From: Felis catus
Taxonomy: Eukaryota
Direction: 5' to 3'
Length of the DNA: 64,000 bases
NCBI RefSeq assembly: GCF_018350175.1
Contig: NC_058368.1
Span: 34,226,001 to 34,290,000, forward strand
In this document: piece by piece, positions 52,580-64,000 of the stretch
How positions within the stretch are numbered: the first letter of the stretch is position 1
How the letters are laid out: every line of letters starts with the position of its first letter
Position numbers and translations under genes: made by a program
The notes under the pieces: generated by a model
What the model was told of the DNA's origin: nothing
Seen by the model: the letters and a program-made list of their open reading frames with translations, nothing else
The model's database searches: none

Positions 52580-53652
52580 TTTTGATCTGTAGCCTTTGTT
52601 TTTTATTCTTCCTTAGAATTTTCCTCTCCCTGTTTATGTTATCCATCTGTTCTTTCATGTTATTTACTTGTTCCATTGTAGTCCCTGGCATATTAATCAT
52701 AGTTAAGAAAAAAAATTCTGGTGTGATAATATCAATATTCCAGCCATATCTAACTCTGGTTCTGATGTTTGCTCAGTCTCTTCAAACTGTGTTTTTTGCC
52801 TTTTAGTATGATTTGTATTTTCTGTTGTTGAAAGGTGGACATGATGTACTGGATAAAGGGAAACTTTAGGCAGTAAACAGGCTTTTTGTAATGGCAAGAT
52901 TTGGCGGAGAAGTGTTATGTGGCTTTATGATTGTTTCAGTCTTTGGGTCAGCCTGTGCCCCTGGACTGCGAACTTCAACCCTGCTTCTCGGTTTTTCCTC
53001 CCCCCTTATCTGGACAGAATGGCTAGCAGGAACTGGAGTTGAGTATTTCCCTTCTCCCCCATGGAAGACTAAAGGGGGCTACAGCTGTGTATTTCCCTGC
53101 CATCCCAGACAGGTCAAGCTCTGATAAAATCCCAGAAGGTTAGACTCTGGTATACTAGTTTCTCCTAAAGCAGGACTCATTAAGAACAAAATGTTGTGGT
53201 ATATTTCAAAATGGCTCCTATTCCCTTTCCCCTGCTGGAAGCAGGAGGGGATTTCCCTCTGAGGACCTGGCAGAGCCCCTGTAGGTAAAGGACAGAAAAG
53301 TGCAAGGGCTTCCCCACAGCTGGGTTCCCCTGCGGTTTTAAACTCTCAGTATTGTTCGCACTGACCCTCTGGTCATTTGTGAATGAGAACTTAGTTTTTC
53401 CTAATTCAGCACTGGTCCTCATGGGGGTTTCTACTCCTGGGTTTCTGCTTCGGTAAGTTGTGGTTCTCCAACTCTGCCTGTCTCTCCAATTTTGGGAGCA
53501 GTGATTTTCCCTGTCCTCACTTGTCCTCACTTTGTCCTCACTTCTCTGACAGGTCTAAGAAGAGGTGTTGATTTTTCAGTTTGTTCAGCTTTTTACTCGT
53601 TGTTAGGAGAATGGTGACTTCTGAGATCCTTACATGATGGACTGGAAAAGCC
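52580..53652 (-). mobile_element. Old L1 (L1MC-type) 5'UTR and ORF1 start fragment
   Basis: Homologous to 19840-20407 (gttgatttttcagtttgttcagcttt...ttgttagga; tctggttctgatgtttgctcagtctcttcaa). Confidence 0.8.
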
Positions 53653-54580
53653 CAGGCTAATGTTAGTTTTTAATGAAAGACCTCATGAGTACTGTAGAAG
53701 CTCTGGGAGACAGAGGAGGAAGCAAGCCAAATGTTTGGACAACCTTGGACTGCTACACTGATTTGAAACAGTCCAGTCTTGCTGTGTACAACTATGTCAC
53801 AATGATGTGACAGCTAAAGAGGTAGAATCTCAGATAGTATTTAGGAAAATTGGGGAGAAAAGGCTAATGTATGTGAATTATGTATGTGAATTAATCATGT
53901 TAAGAGGTCATCATGGGAGGCTCCCAGACAGCAATATTTTTATTAAATCCTGAAACATCTACAGGGATTTTTAGCAGATTGATTGTCTCTTTCTAAGCTT
54001 TTATAGAGAGCCGTCCAGTAGGACAATATCAACTGTATAGTCTGCATCACCATGGTATTTCTCATATGCCAGAGGGTTTATATTGCCAGAGCCCGTATTG
54101 ATCCACTTTATCTGGTTTACCTTTATAGAGCATTTCACATCTTTGTGATAACACTAACTGAGTTGCTGCAGGAGTGAAGGATTGCTCACAATATATTGCA
54201 ATGAAAGTTGTCAAGCGTCTTTAGAATGTGGTGAAATTGACAAGAAGAGCTTATGATTCTGAATGCATTGACAATAGCCCCTTAAGATGATTATCTCAAT
54301 ATACAGAGTATTTTCACTCTGAATCCAATTTGTAAATTTCTCAACTAGTGTCTCAGTCACATAGTATAGTGTGACATTTCAGAATGTGTTCCCTTTAATA
54401 AAACCATGCTGTCATGCCCTATGTGTTGCTATGGTTAAATAAAATTTAAAATTTCCCTTTGGGCAGTATTCTCCTGTTTTACTGGGTAGGTTGTATTCCC
54501 TCCCCCTTCTATCACCACAGGGCTTCAGATCTACATTTGTCAGCTTTGTTCAGTTGCTATGATCAAGTGCACAATTTTGC

Positions 54581-54773
54581 TTTTTAGTTTGTTTATTTTG
54601 AAAGAGAGAGAGGGCAAATTCTAATTCACGCACAAGCAGGGGAGGGGCAGAGAGAGACTCATAAGCAGTGCAGAGCCCAAGGCACTGGGCTTCGAACTCG
54701 GGAACCATGAGATCATGACCTGAGCTGAAATCAAGAGTTAGATGTTTAACCAAATGAGCCATCCAGGTGTCCC
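54581..54773 (-). mobile_element. SINEC
   Basis: gagatcatgacctgagctgaaatcaagagt...gagccatccaggtgtccc. Confidence 0.92.
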
Positions 54774-55098
54774 AAGACACTTCTGCTTTGATTTTAACAA
54801 CTCCAATTATTCAATTTAATTACCAATCTGTTAATTTGTTTGTTGTTTGTTTGTATGGGTCGTAAACTACTGACCCTAAAAATAGGCCAATTTTCAGTTA
54901 TACTGCTTTATCATTCACATCCGACTGTGGAAATATCTAAAATTAACATGTGACTGCATTATATAACCTAAAGAGTCAAATACATATACACTGTTTGTTC
55001 TTGTCTAGAGGACAGGAAGTTTTAACTCTTTTTGCTACTTACTGTGAGACACCTAACCATATTGCTAAGTAATGTGCTTGTAAGTATTTTAATCTTTT

Positions 55099-55321
55099 TT
55101 TTTTTAATTTTTTTTTCAACATTTATTTATTTTTGGGACAGAGAGAGACAGAGCATGAACGGGTGAGGGGCAGAGAGAGAGAGGGAGACACAGAATGGGA
55201 AACAGGCTCCAGGCTCTGAGCCATCAGCCCAGAGCCCGACGCGGGGCTCGAACTCACAGACCGCGAGATCGTGACCTGGCTGAAGTCGGACGCTTAACCG
55301 ACTGCGCCACCCAGGCGCCCC
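55099..55321 (-). mobile_element. Young SINEC_Fc
   Basis: CpG-rich, near-consensus (gactgcgccacccaggcgcccc); perfect TSD agtattttaatctttt. Confidence 0.98.
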
Positions 55322-55337
55322 AGTATTTTAATCTTTT

Positions 55338-55545
55338 AAAAAATTTTTTAATGTTTATTTATCTTTGAGAGAGAGCACAAGTGGGGGAGGGGCAGAGAGA
55401 GCGCGAGGGAGACACAGAATCTGAAGCAGGCTCCAGGCTCTAGCTGTCAGCACAGAGCCCAATGCGGGGCTCAAACCCACAAGCTGTGAGATCTTGACCT
55501 GAGCCGAAGTCAGGAGCTTAACCAACTGAGCCACCCAGGTGCCCC
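55338..55545 (-). mobile_element. Older SINEC, in tandem with the previous copy
   Basis: rc SINEC; flanked by agtattttaatctttt / agtagtttaatatttt. Confidence 0.96.
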
Positions 55546-56165
55546 AGTAGTTTAATATTTTTTTTATTTCTATTTTAGGCAAAATCTTTGAACTTTTATC
55601 CCAGGAAAATGGAATATTTTTCTTTTACTTCTCTTGCCTTAACCACTTCATCACTGGCACACATTTTTCATGTTTCCTCACCATCAAAATATAGTTAATA
55701 ATCAATTTTGATTAAATTAAGATTTATAACTATGACAAGCCAAACACCATTTACATGTTGTATATCAAAGTTTTCTTTTTTCCCTTCAGTTTTGTTTTCT
55801 CTGAAAGTAACTATCTGCTTGCTTAATTTTCTGTGGTCTTAATGTTCATTCAACCCCAAATTCACTACCCCATAACTCCATCTCTTCTGTTTTCTTTCTT
55901 CCCACTTCCTCAGATTTCTACAACTTTTACAGCTTAGATATTGTCCCTCTGGATTTGTCTTCAAACTGGGTTTTCATTCTTATTACTTATTCATGTCTCC
56001 GTTTTTCTATTTTCCTCACCATCTTTCATCACATTCATTGAATTTCCAATTTTACTAGCATTTCTAAAGAGCTCTTTTTCATTTGTGGTCCAATTCCATT
56101 TTTACAGCATTTTAGTCTTACTGATGGCCATAGCTTCTCATGTCCCTTTTAGGTGAATATAATAT

Positions 56166-56515
56166 TGTTGTAGACTAGATGTTTGTGCTTCCCCAGAATT
56201 CATATGTTGAAGCTAGTGCCCGAAGTGATGATGTTAGTGGCTGTGGCCTTTGGGAAGTGATTAGGTCACTAAAACCTAATTAAGTCATAGAATACTCATG
56301 AATGAGATCCCAGAGAGCCTGGACCGCCGACTCCCCTCTTGTGCCATGTGAGGTTGTAGAAAAATCACAGCTGTAAGCTCTCACTAGATACTGAATCTGC
56401 TGGCACCATGATCTTGGAATTCCCTTCCTCTAGAACTTTAAGAAATAAATGTTTGTTGTTTACAAGCCACCCAGCCTGTAGTATTTTGTTGTGGAAGCTG
56501 GGATAGACTAAGATA
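56166..56515 (+). mobile_element. MaLR LTR (MLT1A-like)
   Basis: atgtttgtgcttccccagaattcatatgttgaa...tgctggcaccatgatcttgga...aataaatgtttgttgtttacaagccaccc...gactaagata. Confidence 0.88.
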
Positions 56516-56765
56516 AAACTTTTTAAGCTTTCTTTTCAGGGCATTGTACCAGTTCCTCCAAATTATTTCTTCCTAAAGGATTGCTTTGTCCTCTTTTCAC
56601 ATATGTCTGTTAATCCTTACCTGCCTGTTAATATTTAAGAGTGGTCAGGAGAAACCTGATTGGAAGTTCCTTGTGTGTAAGCTTGTCAATTGTGGCCTTC
56701 CTTTGAAGGTAATCCAGTCAGATGCTTTTCTTGGGAAACCCCTAGATTAACAGGTTTTTTATCTT

Positions 56766-56986
56766 TTTTAATGTTTATTTATTTTTGAGAGAGGGAGAGA
56801 GAGAGAGAGAGAAACAGAGCACAAGCAGGTTAGGGGCAGAGAGAGAGGGAGACACAGAATCTGAAGCAGGCCCCAGGCTCTGAGCTGTCGGCACAGAATC
56901 TGACACAGGGCTCAAACTCATGAGCTGTGAGATCATGACCTGAGCCCAAGTTGGATGCTTAACTAACTGAACCATTCAGGTGCCCC
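56766..56986 (-). mobile_element. SINEC
   Basis: rc SINEC; TSD taacaggttttttatctt. Confidence 0.96.
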
Positions 56987-59025
56987 TAACAGGTTTTTTA
57001 TCTTGTCTGGTACACCAAGGAAACCTCTTCCAGATTCCTGACTACTGCATATGAGGCTGGATGCCAGCTCTCCTGAGATGAGTGAGGAAACGACGTTCAT
57101 GCCACATCATCCAGTATGAGAGTGTTGTCTTAACCTCTGACTTCACATATACTCTCTCCTCCCCAGTGCCTTCCTGTTTCCCCTCATTTACCCTGCATTT
57201 TCTTTTTTCTGACCTTCTTTAAAGTTTAAATGTCTTTTACCTGGATGGAAAGGGGTCAGTGACATGCCTCATGGAGAAATGGCTCAGGGATTCTTCAAAA
57301 GTCTTCAATTCAGTTCTCTTAGCACAGGAAGTGGTATTGTCCTTACTAAGCTTTATTTTTATTGTGTGTGATATACTTTATGTTGTTTCATGTCTTTTCT
57401 TACAGTAGATTAAGGATTAAACACTCTTGGATCTCCTAAATCAGTTATACTTGTTTATATTCTTTTGTTGTTACTGTTCCCTCTTCCATTCTCAACCATT
57501 CTGATGGGAGATATATTTAAAAAAATATTTTGTATATTTTTATATAAAGTATAAAGGGGGAGAGATAAATGTAGTACTCCAAAGTAGTAGTAGTAGTTTT
57601 AGAGGTTTTAGGTTTTCTATTTAATATTAAAAAAATGTTTTCCTTCTTTTTGTAGATAAGTTGATAGAAAATATTTGATGTTTCAGAGATATCACAAGAG
57701 AAGACATATAGTCTAAACACTGACTCTCATTTGTTTCTTTTAAGAGTATTGAAGTACTTAATGCTAACTAATTTAAGAGGTTAAGAATATAGAAAAGTAA
57801 GAAATAATGTTTATTCTCATCACCCAGAGAAATGAGAGTTATTATGTGCCCTCAAACAGTGGGACAGTGTTTTGTTTTACCAACATAACTTTACTGGCTA
57901 ACACAGTTCATAGCTAATACCATTCATGTAAGTGGCTTTTTAAAAAAAATTTTGAGAACAAATCAATAACAATATATTAATAAGTATATATTATTCTACT
58001 ATATTTATATACCACTAAATACAAGCATTTATTACATATTTATGCTGGACATTTCAAACTGTTTCTAAAGTTATACTGTGAAGCTTGTTCTTGAATTCAA
58101 GAAATTTTATTGACCTCAGTTGACAATGAATACTAGAAACAAACTATTGTCCAAAAGACTAATTTGCAAAGCCAATGAAATTATATCTGGCAATCAGTTT
58201 CCAAGTTGCATTGTTTAGTCCAAATAATAACACATAACTGATAAATTAATGCAGTCATCTACTATGAGTATGTTTTCTCAATAGTTCATCTCATTGGCTT
58301 GAGGAAGAAACTATTCGCATATAATTAGGGACTCAGAGGGAACATTATGTTTCTTTACAGCTCTGGTAGATAATTCCTCAGAAAATTAAGGGGACGTAAA
58401 TCATTTTGATTTTTGATGTAGCGTTTTAAAGATTCATAGTAAACGTGTTGACGTGTTGCAGTAGATTCAAAACTGTTCCTTAAAGAAAATGTTGGATTTG
58501 CTCTTCTTATGGATTTCCTCTGAGTCTATTAAGAAGTTGAGTCTCTAAGTTAGAATTTCCAATTTTCATTGGACTGACTACTGATTTCTTACCACCTGAT
58601 TATCTTTTATCTTAAGCATGTGGGTCTATCTTAAAACAAAATATAAATTAGCTCTAGAACCTCTTTGAAAGCATAATTTCAAATAGTCAAGCCACTCAGT
58701 CTATCAACAATTGGATTAATAGAAATAATATTTATAGTAATATTTATGAAAGATGGACATATACACTCTCTGATTTTTTGTAATATAAATTATATTCTTT
58801 AAATATGGTTAATTGAGCACATTAATTCACCAACCAATTTGTCTTCTGGAGGATATGCATTAATATTCCTTCCAGGCAATAAGAAAAGGCCACATGAGAT
58901 CACATTTGGATTATAATATAAATGTTTAGGTTTGCTGGTCAGTGTAGCATTTAGAACTATCTCTATATAAACTGCATATGAGAATTTTTTTTTAAAGAAT
59001 TAAGTGCTATAAAGATCTATCATGA

Positions 59026-59244
59026 GGGGCGCCTGGGTGGCTCAGTTGGTTAAGAGTCCGATTTTTGGTTTTGGCTCAGGTCATGGTCTTGCGGTTTCCT
59101 GGGTTCAAACCCCATATGGGGCTCTGCACTGGCAGTGTGGAGCCTGCTTGGGATTCTCTCTCTCTCTCCCTCTCTCTCTGCCTCTCCCCCACTCGCACTG
59201 TCTCTGTCACTCTCAAAATAAATAAATTTCAAAAAAGTTTTTAA
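59026..59244 (+). mobile_element. SINEC
   Basis: ggggcgcctgggtggctcagttgg; TSD aaagatctatcatga/aaagacctatcatga. Confidence 0.96.
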
Positions 59245-60879
59245 AAAGACCTATCATGAAAAGGTATCCTGAATCATTTAGTGTCCTATCTCCAGTGCTT
59301 ATCTGTATATATGGTTTATATATATTTTAGAACAATGAAAATCATTCTTATTTGATCCTATGAATTTTTGTATGACAATGTCAAATATAAAGATATTGAT
59401 AAATTCAGTTTAAATTTTATTGAAGGAAAAGAGATTGGGGAGAGAGGAGGGACAGTTTAAAAAAAATGTTCCCCTCTTGAGAGGTGGTAGAGGCAAATAA
59501 TTACCTTCTTTTGTTAATTCAAAAGTGTTTCTACAATTTAACTCATTAATGACTCTTTAAATGACCACCTGCATTATTGACTGATAGGTTATAACTTGTT
59601 TTCATTCATTATTTTGCTTTGTTTTGTGTACTCTCTTGAAATTATTTATTTTTTAAAGCACGTTAAGCTAAACACATTTTTGTAATCATTTCTAAATCTG
59701 AATCTCTTTACAAAAGTCAATTCAAAGAATAAAGAACAGTGAGAAAAATAGTCACTAATGCACATTTTACTGTCAGCTCCCATTTGTTAAAGGCGCCAAA
59801 ATTAGCTAAATATATACTGAATAGCTGTACTGATGCTTCTTTAGTCAGTGAGCTGTTTTTATTTAATATTACAAAAAAAGGTAGGTAGTCTTCCCAAGTA
59901 TGTAAGTTAAACAAAATAGGAGACATTTTAGTTTATAAAGCCCACATCAAAGTAATTTCTGCTTCTTGCCATATATTTTTATTCAGAATGCATCATTGAT
60001 TTGAATGGGCAATTCTGTGTATGGATCGATGGTGGGATATGGTGAATAGCTATAAAAAGAACCTAACTACAAAATAGCTTGTGGCTAAATGCCTTATCTA
60101 AAACATTAATCCATCTGTTCAAATTAAGCCAATATATGTCTGAAGAAAATAAACTACAAGTAAATAAAACTGAATGATGAAATAATGCCTATATTCTCTC
60201 TGAGACAAATGTATTCTGGATATAAAACCATCACTGTTTTTTCTTTCTTTCTTTCTTTGCTTATTCTGAAAGTCTGTTTTTATGGTTTTCCACATTTAAA
60301 ATAGTTATCTTGAGGTAAACAAGATAATCTTGTGAAAAGATTGGCCTGAATTATTTTAATTTTATATTATCGTATAAAGTGGTCCATAAATATATAGAAA
60401 TACATTCCACAGTATATTCTATGTGAATCTTACAGAAGTTACCAGCACACGTTACTTGCTATTCTCCTCCCACACAAAGGACGGGCAATTGGCACACATA
60501 CACACCACAGACAGAGCAGGTGGTGGTGAAAAGGAGGGCCCAGCCACAATGTGGGTCATTCAGAGCAACTTGCTATTCTCTTCTGCTATTCCAGGTCACT
60601 GCTATGAAATAAATGAAATCAGTCTTTAACTTTTGAAGCCTATTGTCAGTTGGCATTTAAAAGTTGAAGACCATGTATAGGGTACAACTCACAAACTTGA
60701 AAGAATTTTAAGTATTTATGTTGCATCAGTAATGTCTGATACAGGATAACAAACGCAAATACGTAAGTTTACGAAATGAATAATTGGAAAAAGACATAGC
60801 TAGAGAGAGGAAAACTTGGAAGGTTTGATGTAGTCTCACAATGGGCTGCCAAAAGAGAGGAAAGGTGTGGAAGCTAACT

Positions 60880-62000
60880 TCTTACAGAAATTCCTTCTTT
60901 TCTTGGTATCTGGAACATGGTCTCCTGGTTCTCTTCTCAGATAGCTAATGAAGACAACACTCCCCATTTGTATTAACTTATTTTCTTCTGTTATTTCCTA
61001 AAAGTTTCAGGCTCTTCATAATTCTTTCCTGGCCATTTTATTTCTTGTTTTCATGTTGAGTGGGGATTTCAACTTCTCTGGCACCAACTCAATACTATCT
61101 ACACTTATCTAGATGCATCTAACTTTATCACTGGTCTTGACCTTTCTCCTATCTTCAGTTTATGGGTTTAGGTCAAAGGTAAATAAAATAGAATAAATTG
61201 CTACAAGAATGCTCTGCTACAAGAATATCCTATTTTAAAAGCATTATGTAAGGTATTTACTTGCTTAAGGAAAAAAATTTTCCAAATACATGGGTACTAA
61301 AATTACATTACTCGTTACATGTTTTCTGTCTAACATATGTCTTGCATAGATTGTCTTTTGTTTCAACCATTATTAACCTATTTAACAAACCTTTCTAATG
61401 TCACTAATTCTCACTAGTAATCTCGACAGGATTGTCTTAAACTCTCTTTTATTTCATTGTCTCTTCTTTTCAATCCATCTGCCATATTGCTACCAGAATT
61501 TTCACTCAAAATCTGTCACTTTTCTGCTTCAAGTCTTTCCAGTTTTCTTAATTATTTTTGAATAAATTCAAAGGACTTTCCATAACATTGTCTATATCAT
61601 TCTCCATTTCCTTTTTTATATTTTCTTATCCTGATAACCACATTGATTTAATGGCAGTCTTCTTATATGTGACATGAAATATGTACCTTTTACATGTTGA
61701 GTTCTCTGTTTTTTCTTGATATACCTCTTTAATTCTGGTAAATCTAACTGAGAAATCTGATAAACACCTACTTCAAAGTCAAATTCAAGTTTCATATCTC
61801 CTCTGCAGCTTTGTCAACAGCACTCCACAATGCAGTGTAGTATGTTTTTCCCCCATTAGGTTATGACAATCTCTAATTTCACTGCCAATTATTACTATAC
61901 ACTTAAATAGCAGCCAAACTTATTGGATGGTGAGCACCTGGTGTGCAGTAGCCATTTTTCATTCATATTTGTGGGTCCTGTATTTCACTACCACTTTATA
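60880..62000 (+). mobile_element. Degenerate L2 fragments
   Basis: Pyrimidine-rich L2-like motifs (tctcctggttctcttctc, caatccatctgccatattgctaccaga, aaattcaagtttcatatctcctctg). Confidence 0.5.
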
Positions 62001-63825
62001 GACACTTCAAACATCCTCATCATTTAAAAAACTGAGCCTGTGACTGAGTTTGTGACCTTTACAGTTGAAATAGAAAAAAAAAATCAAGCATTTTTCCAGG
62101 AAAGCATAAAGAATGTCCTTGGGGTGCTAGCCAACATTCTACCTTTCAACAAAATGGGCTCTAATATCCCAAGGCAAACTCTCATAGAGTACTCACCTAA
62201 CAGCTTCAGAATTACCCAGACTGATATTTACCTCCATTATAGAGCACTTTAGGGGGGTGCCTGTGCCATGAAATATACACTATAAAACCATACTCTCATC
62301 TCTTCACTGTGTGCAACTCAGTGATAACTGGACTGTTAAGAAGAAAACATTTTGTGTGGTTTCTGACTAACCCTTCTCAGTAGTTTCTGTGCTGTTTCAA
62401 AGTAATTTAACTCTGGGGAGGGAGCAGAAGCAACAATCATCAGGCTAGGATCAGAATTAATAGGGTCTGTATTGATCAGACATAGCTCTTCACTTGAGTT
62501 CTGCCCAGAGTTGAATGTAACGTTTCTTCACTTCTACCTTTGATTGTCTTTGGGGACCATCACTGAAAGATGTGTAAGTTACAAAGTGTTAGTCATCTCA
62601 TTCAGACCATTAAAAAGGGCAGAACAGTGTGTTAGGTAATTGAACTGCACTGTGTGCACTGTCCATGTTTAGATGCTGTTTTTAAAATTCTTGAGGAATA
62701 ATAATAAAAAAAAGCGTGAAGTAGAAAAAAATGAAAGACATAACAACTTATCATTTATTATCTATGCTTACAATAGTGTTCGCTATTTTACTTTTGTTTA
62801 TTTCCAAATACAGTCACAAAAATAATAAATTGAGCCTCTTAGTTATAAATCTGCAATACTAATAATTGTTGTTTTTAAAAAAAAAATCATTTATCACTTT
62901 TTTCATGCTTTCCTCACTCAACAGAAGATTTGCATATACCATTTTATAACAATGTTTATGTATATTTGTAAAATCAGTTGTACTATATATTATACTTCGT
63001 GGCTTAGTTTTTAATTGAATGTTTATTTTCACATCTGACAATATACTTGTATAAGAAAACAAAGTATCATTCATTGCTTTTATGTTTTCTCTCATGTGAT
63101 TTTTTCCCAATCTTTGAATAAGAATTTACTATTGGTAATTAGATTTGGATGAATAATGTTCAGATGAAAGCAAGAAATTTTATAGAGTGGAGAAAAAATA
63201 ATAAGCAAAAATACAAGACAAGAAAGAATACAAACATATGCAGAGTAGTAGCTCAGTATGGGATCGAAAACAAAAATTTCATTCAAGCCTTAATCTACTT
63301 AATAATGGTAGTAATTTCCCTTGGGGTAGATCGAGAGTCCCATCTCCATCCTCAACATGACATGGTGATGTTCCTTTGATTAAGTTTATAAATGCTTACA
63401 TTTTCATTTGGTTTATTTGTTAAATATATTAACGTGTAATTGAAAATAGTTTAGTCCATACTGTACTATGTTTGCTGGTTTAGAATATGTATCTATGTCA
63501 TTAAGGTAAATGCATATGACACTTAAACCAATAAAAGTAAAAAAGAATTTAGAATGCACAAAATTCACTGTTTTATACATATAATACCAAGAAATTGACT
63601 TCACAAATTTCCCTTCTATTCCAATGAATTCCTCTCAGTGAAATCATCTTTCTAAATTTGCTGATTTTACTAATCAGCATAGCATTCTTATATGCAACCC
63701 TTACCCCACGTTCTTAATGTATCTTGAATTTTTCTTTCACATTTATGTGTTTATTTCCTGCCTATGGTTGACATTAGTAAGTGAATACAATAATTGATAA
63801 AGAAATGTTAATATTAATGATATTT

Positions 63826-64000
63826 GGGGCGCCTGGGTGGCTCAGTTGGTTGAGCGCCAGACTTCAGCCCAGGTCGTGATCTTGCGGTTCACGACGTTGA
63901 GCCCCACATTGGGCTCTGAGCTGACAGCTCAGACCCTGGAGCCTACTTCAGATTCTGTGTCTCCCTTTCCCTCTGTCCCTCTCTAGCTCATGCTCTGTTT
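63826..64000 (+). mobile_element. SINEC, 3' end cut by window edge
   Basis: ggggcgcctgggtggctcagttggttgagcg...ggagcctacttcagattctgtgtctcc. Confidence 0.95.

Noticed and set aside
46690..53652. L1MC 3' end (46.7 kb) and 5' end (52.6 kb) as a single element
   Set aside because: The order and strand fit, but the intervening DNA is mostly unique or older-repeat sequence rather than ORF1/ORF2.
53511..53893. Short tandem duplications (tgtcctcact x3; tgtatgtgaatta x2); similar ones at ~43788 and ~61199
   Set aside because: Ordinary slippage duplications with no sign of function.
54121..54165. Minus-strand 45-nt exon-like segment (ctcctgcag|...AAG|gtaaac)
   Set aside because: Only moderate splice signals, no recognisable peptide and no supporting neighbours.

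Overview
This is AT-rich mammalian genomic DNA, almost certainly from a felid (cat-like), judged by 21 carnivore tRNA-derived SINEC elements and a cat-type L1 3' end. It is intronic or intergenic, and I cannot recognise any intact protein-coding gene. Solid content: a full-length, disabled RPL35A processed pseudogene (~8094-8554); a nested L1/SINE stack (13.5-20.4 kb); other L1, L2 and MIR fragments; three solo ERV-type LTRs; two MLT1A-like LTRs; one MER103-like DNA transposon; and microsatellites. Several unique segments have good splice signals and may be exons of unidentified transcripts (minus strand 4579-/598-639; plus strand 7255-7359, 10161-10293, 44743-44804). These are predictions only. 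I found no convincing novel biological system. Repeat subfamily names come from recalled consensus features, not a database search. Nearly all entries in the ORF track are spurious or repeat-derived.
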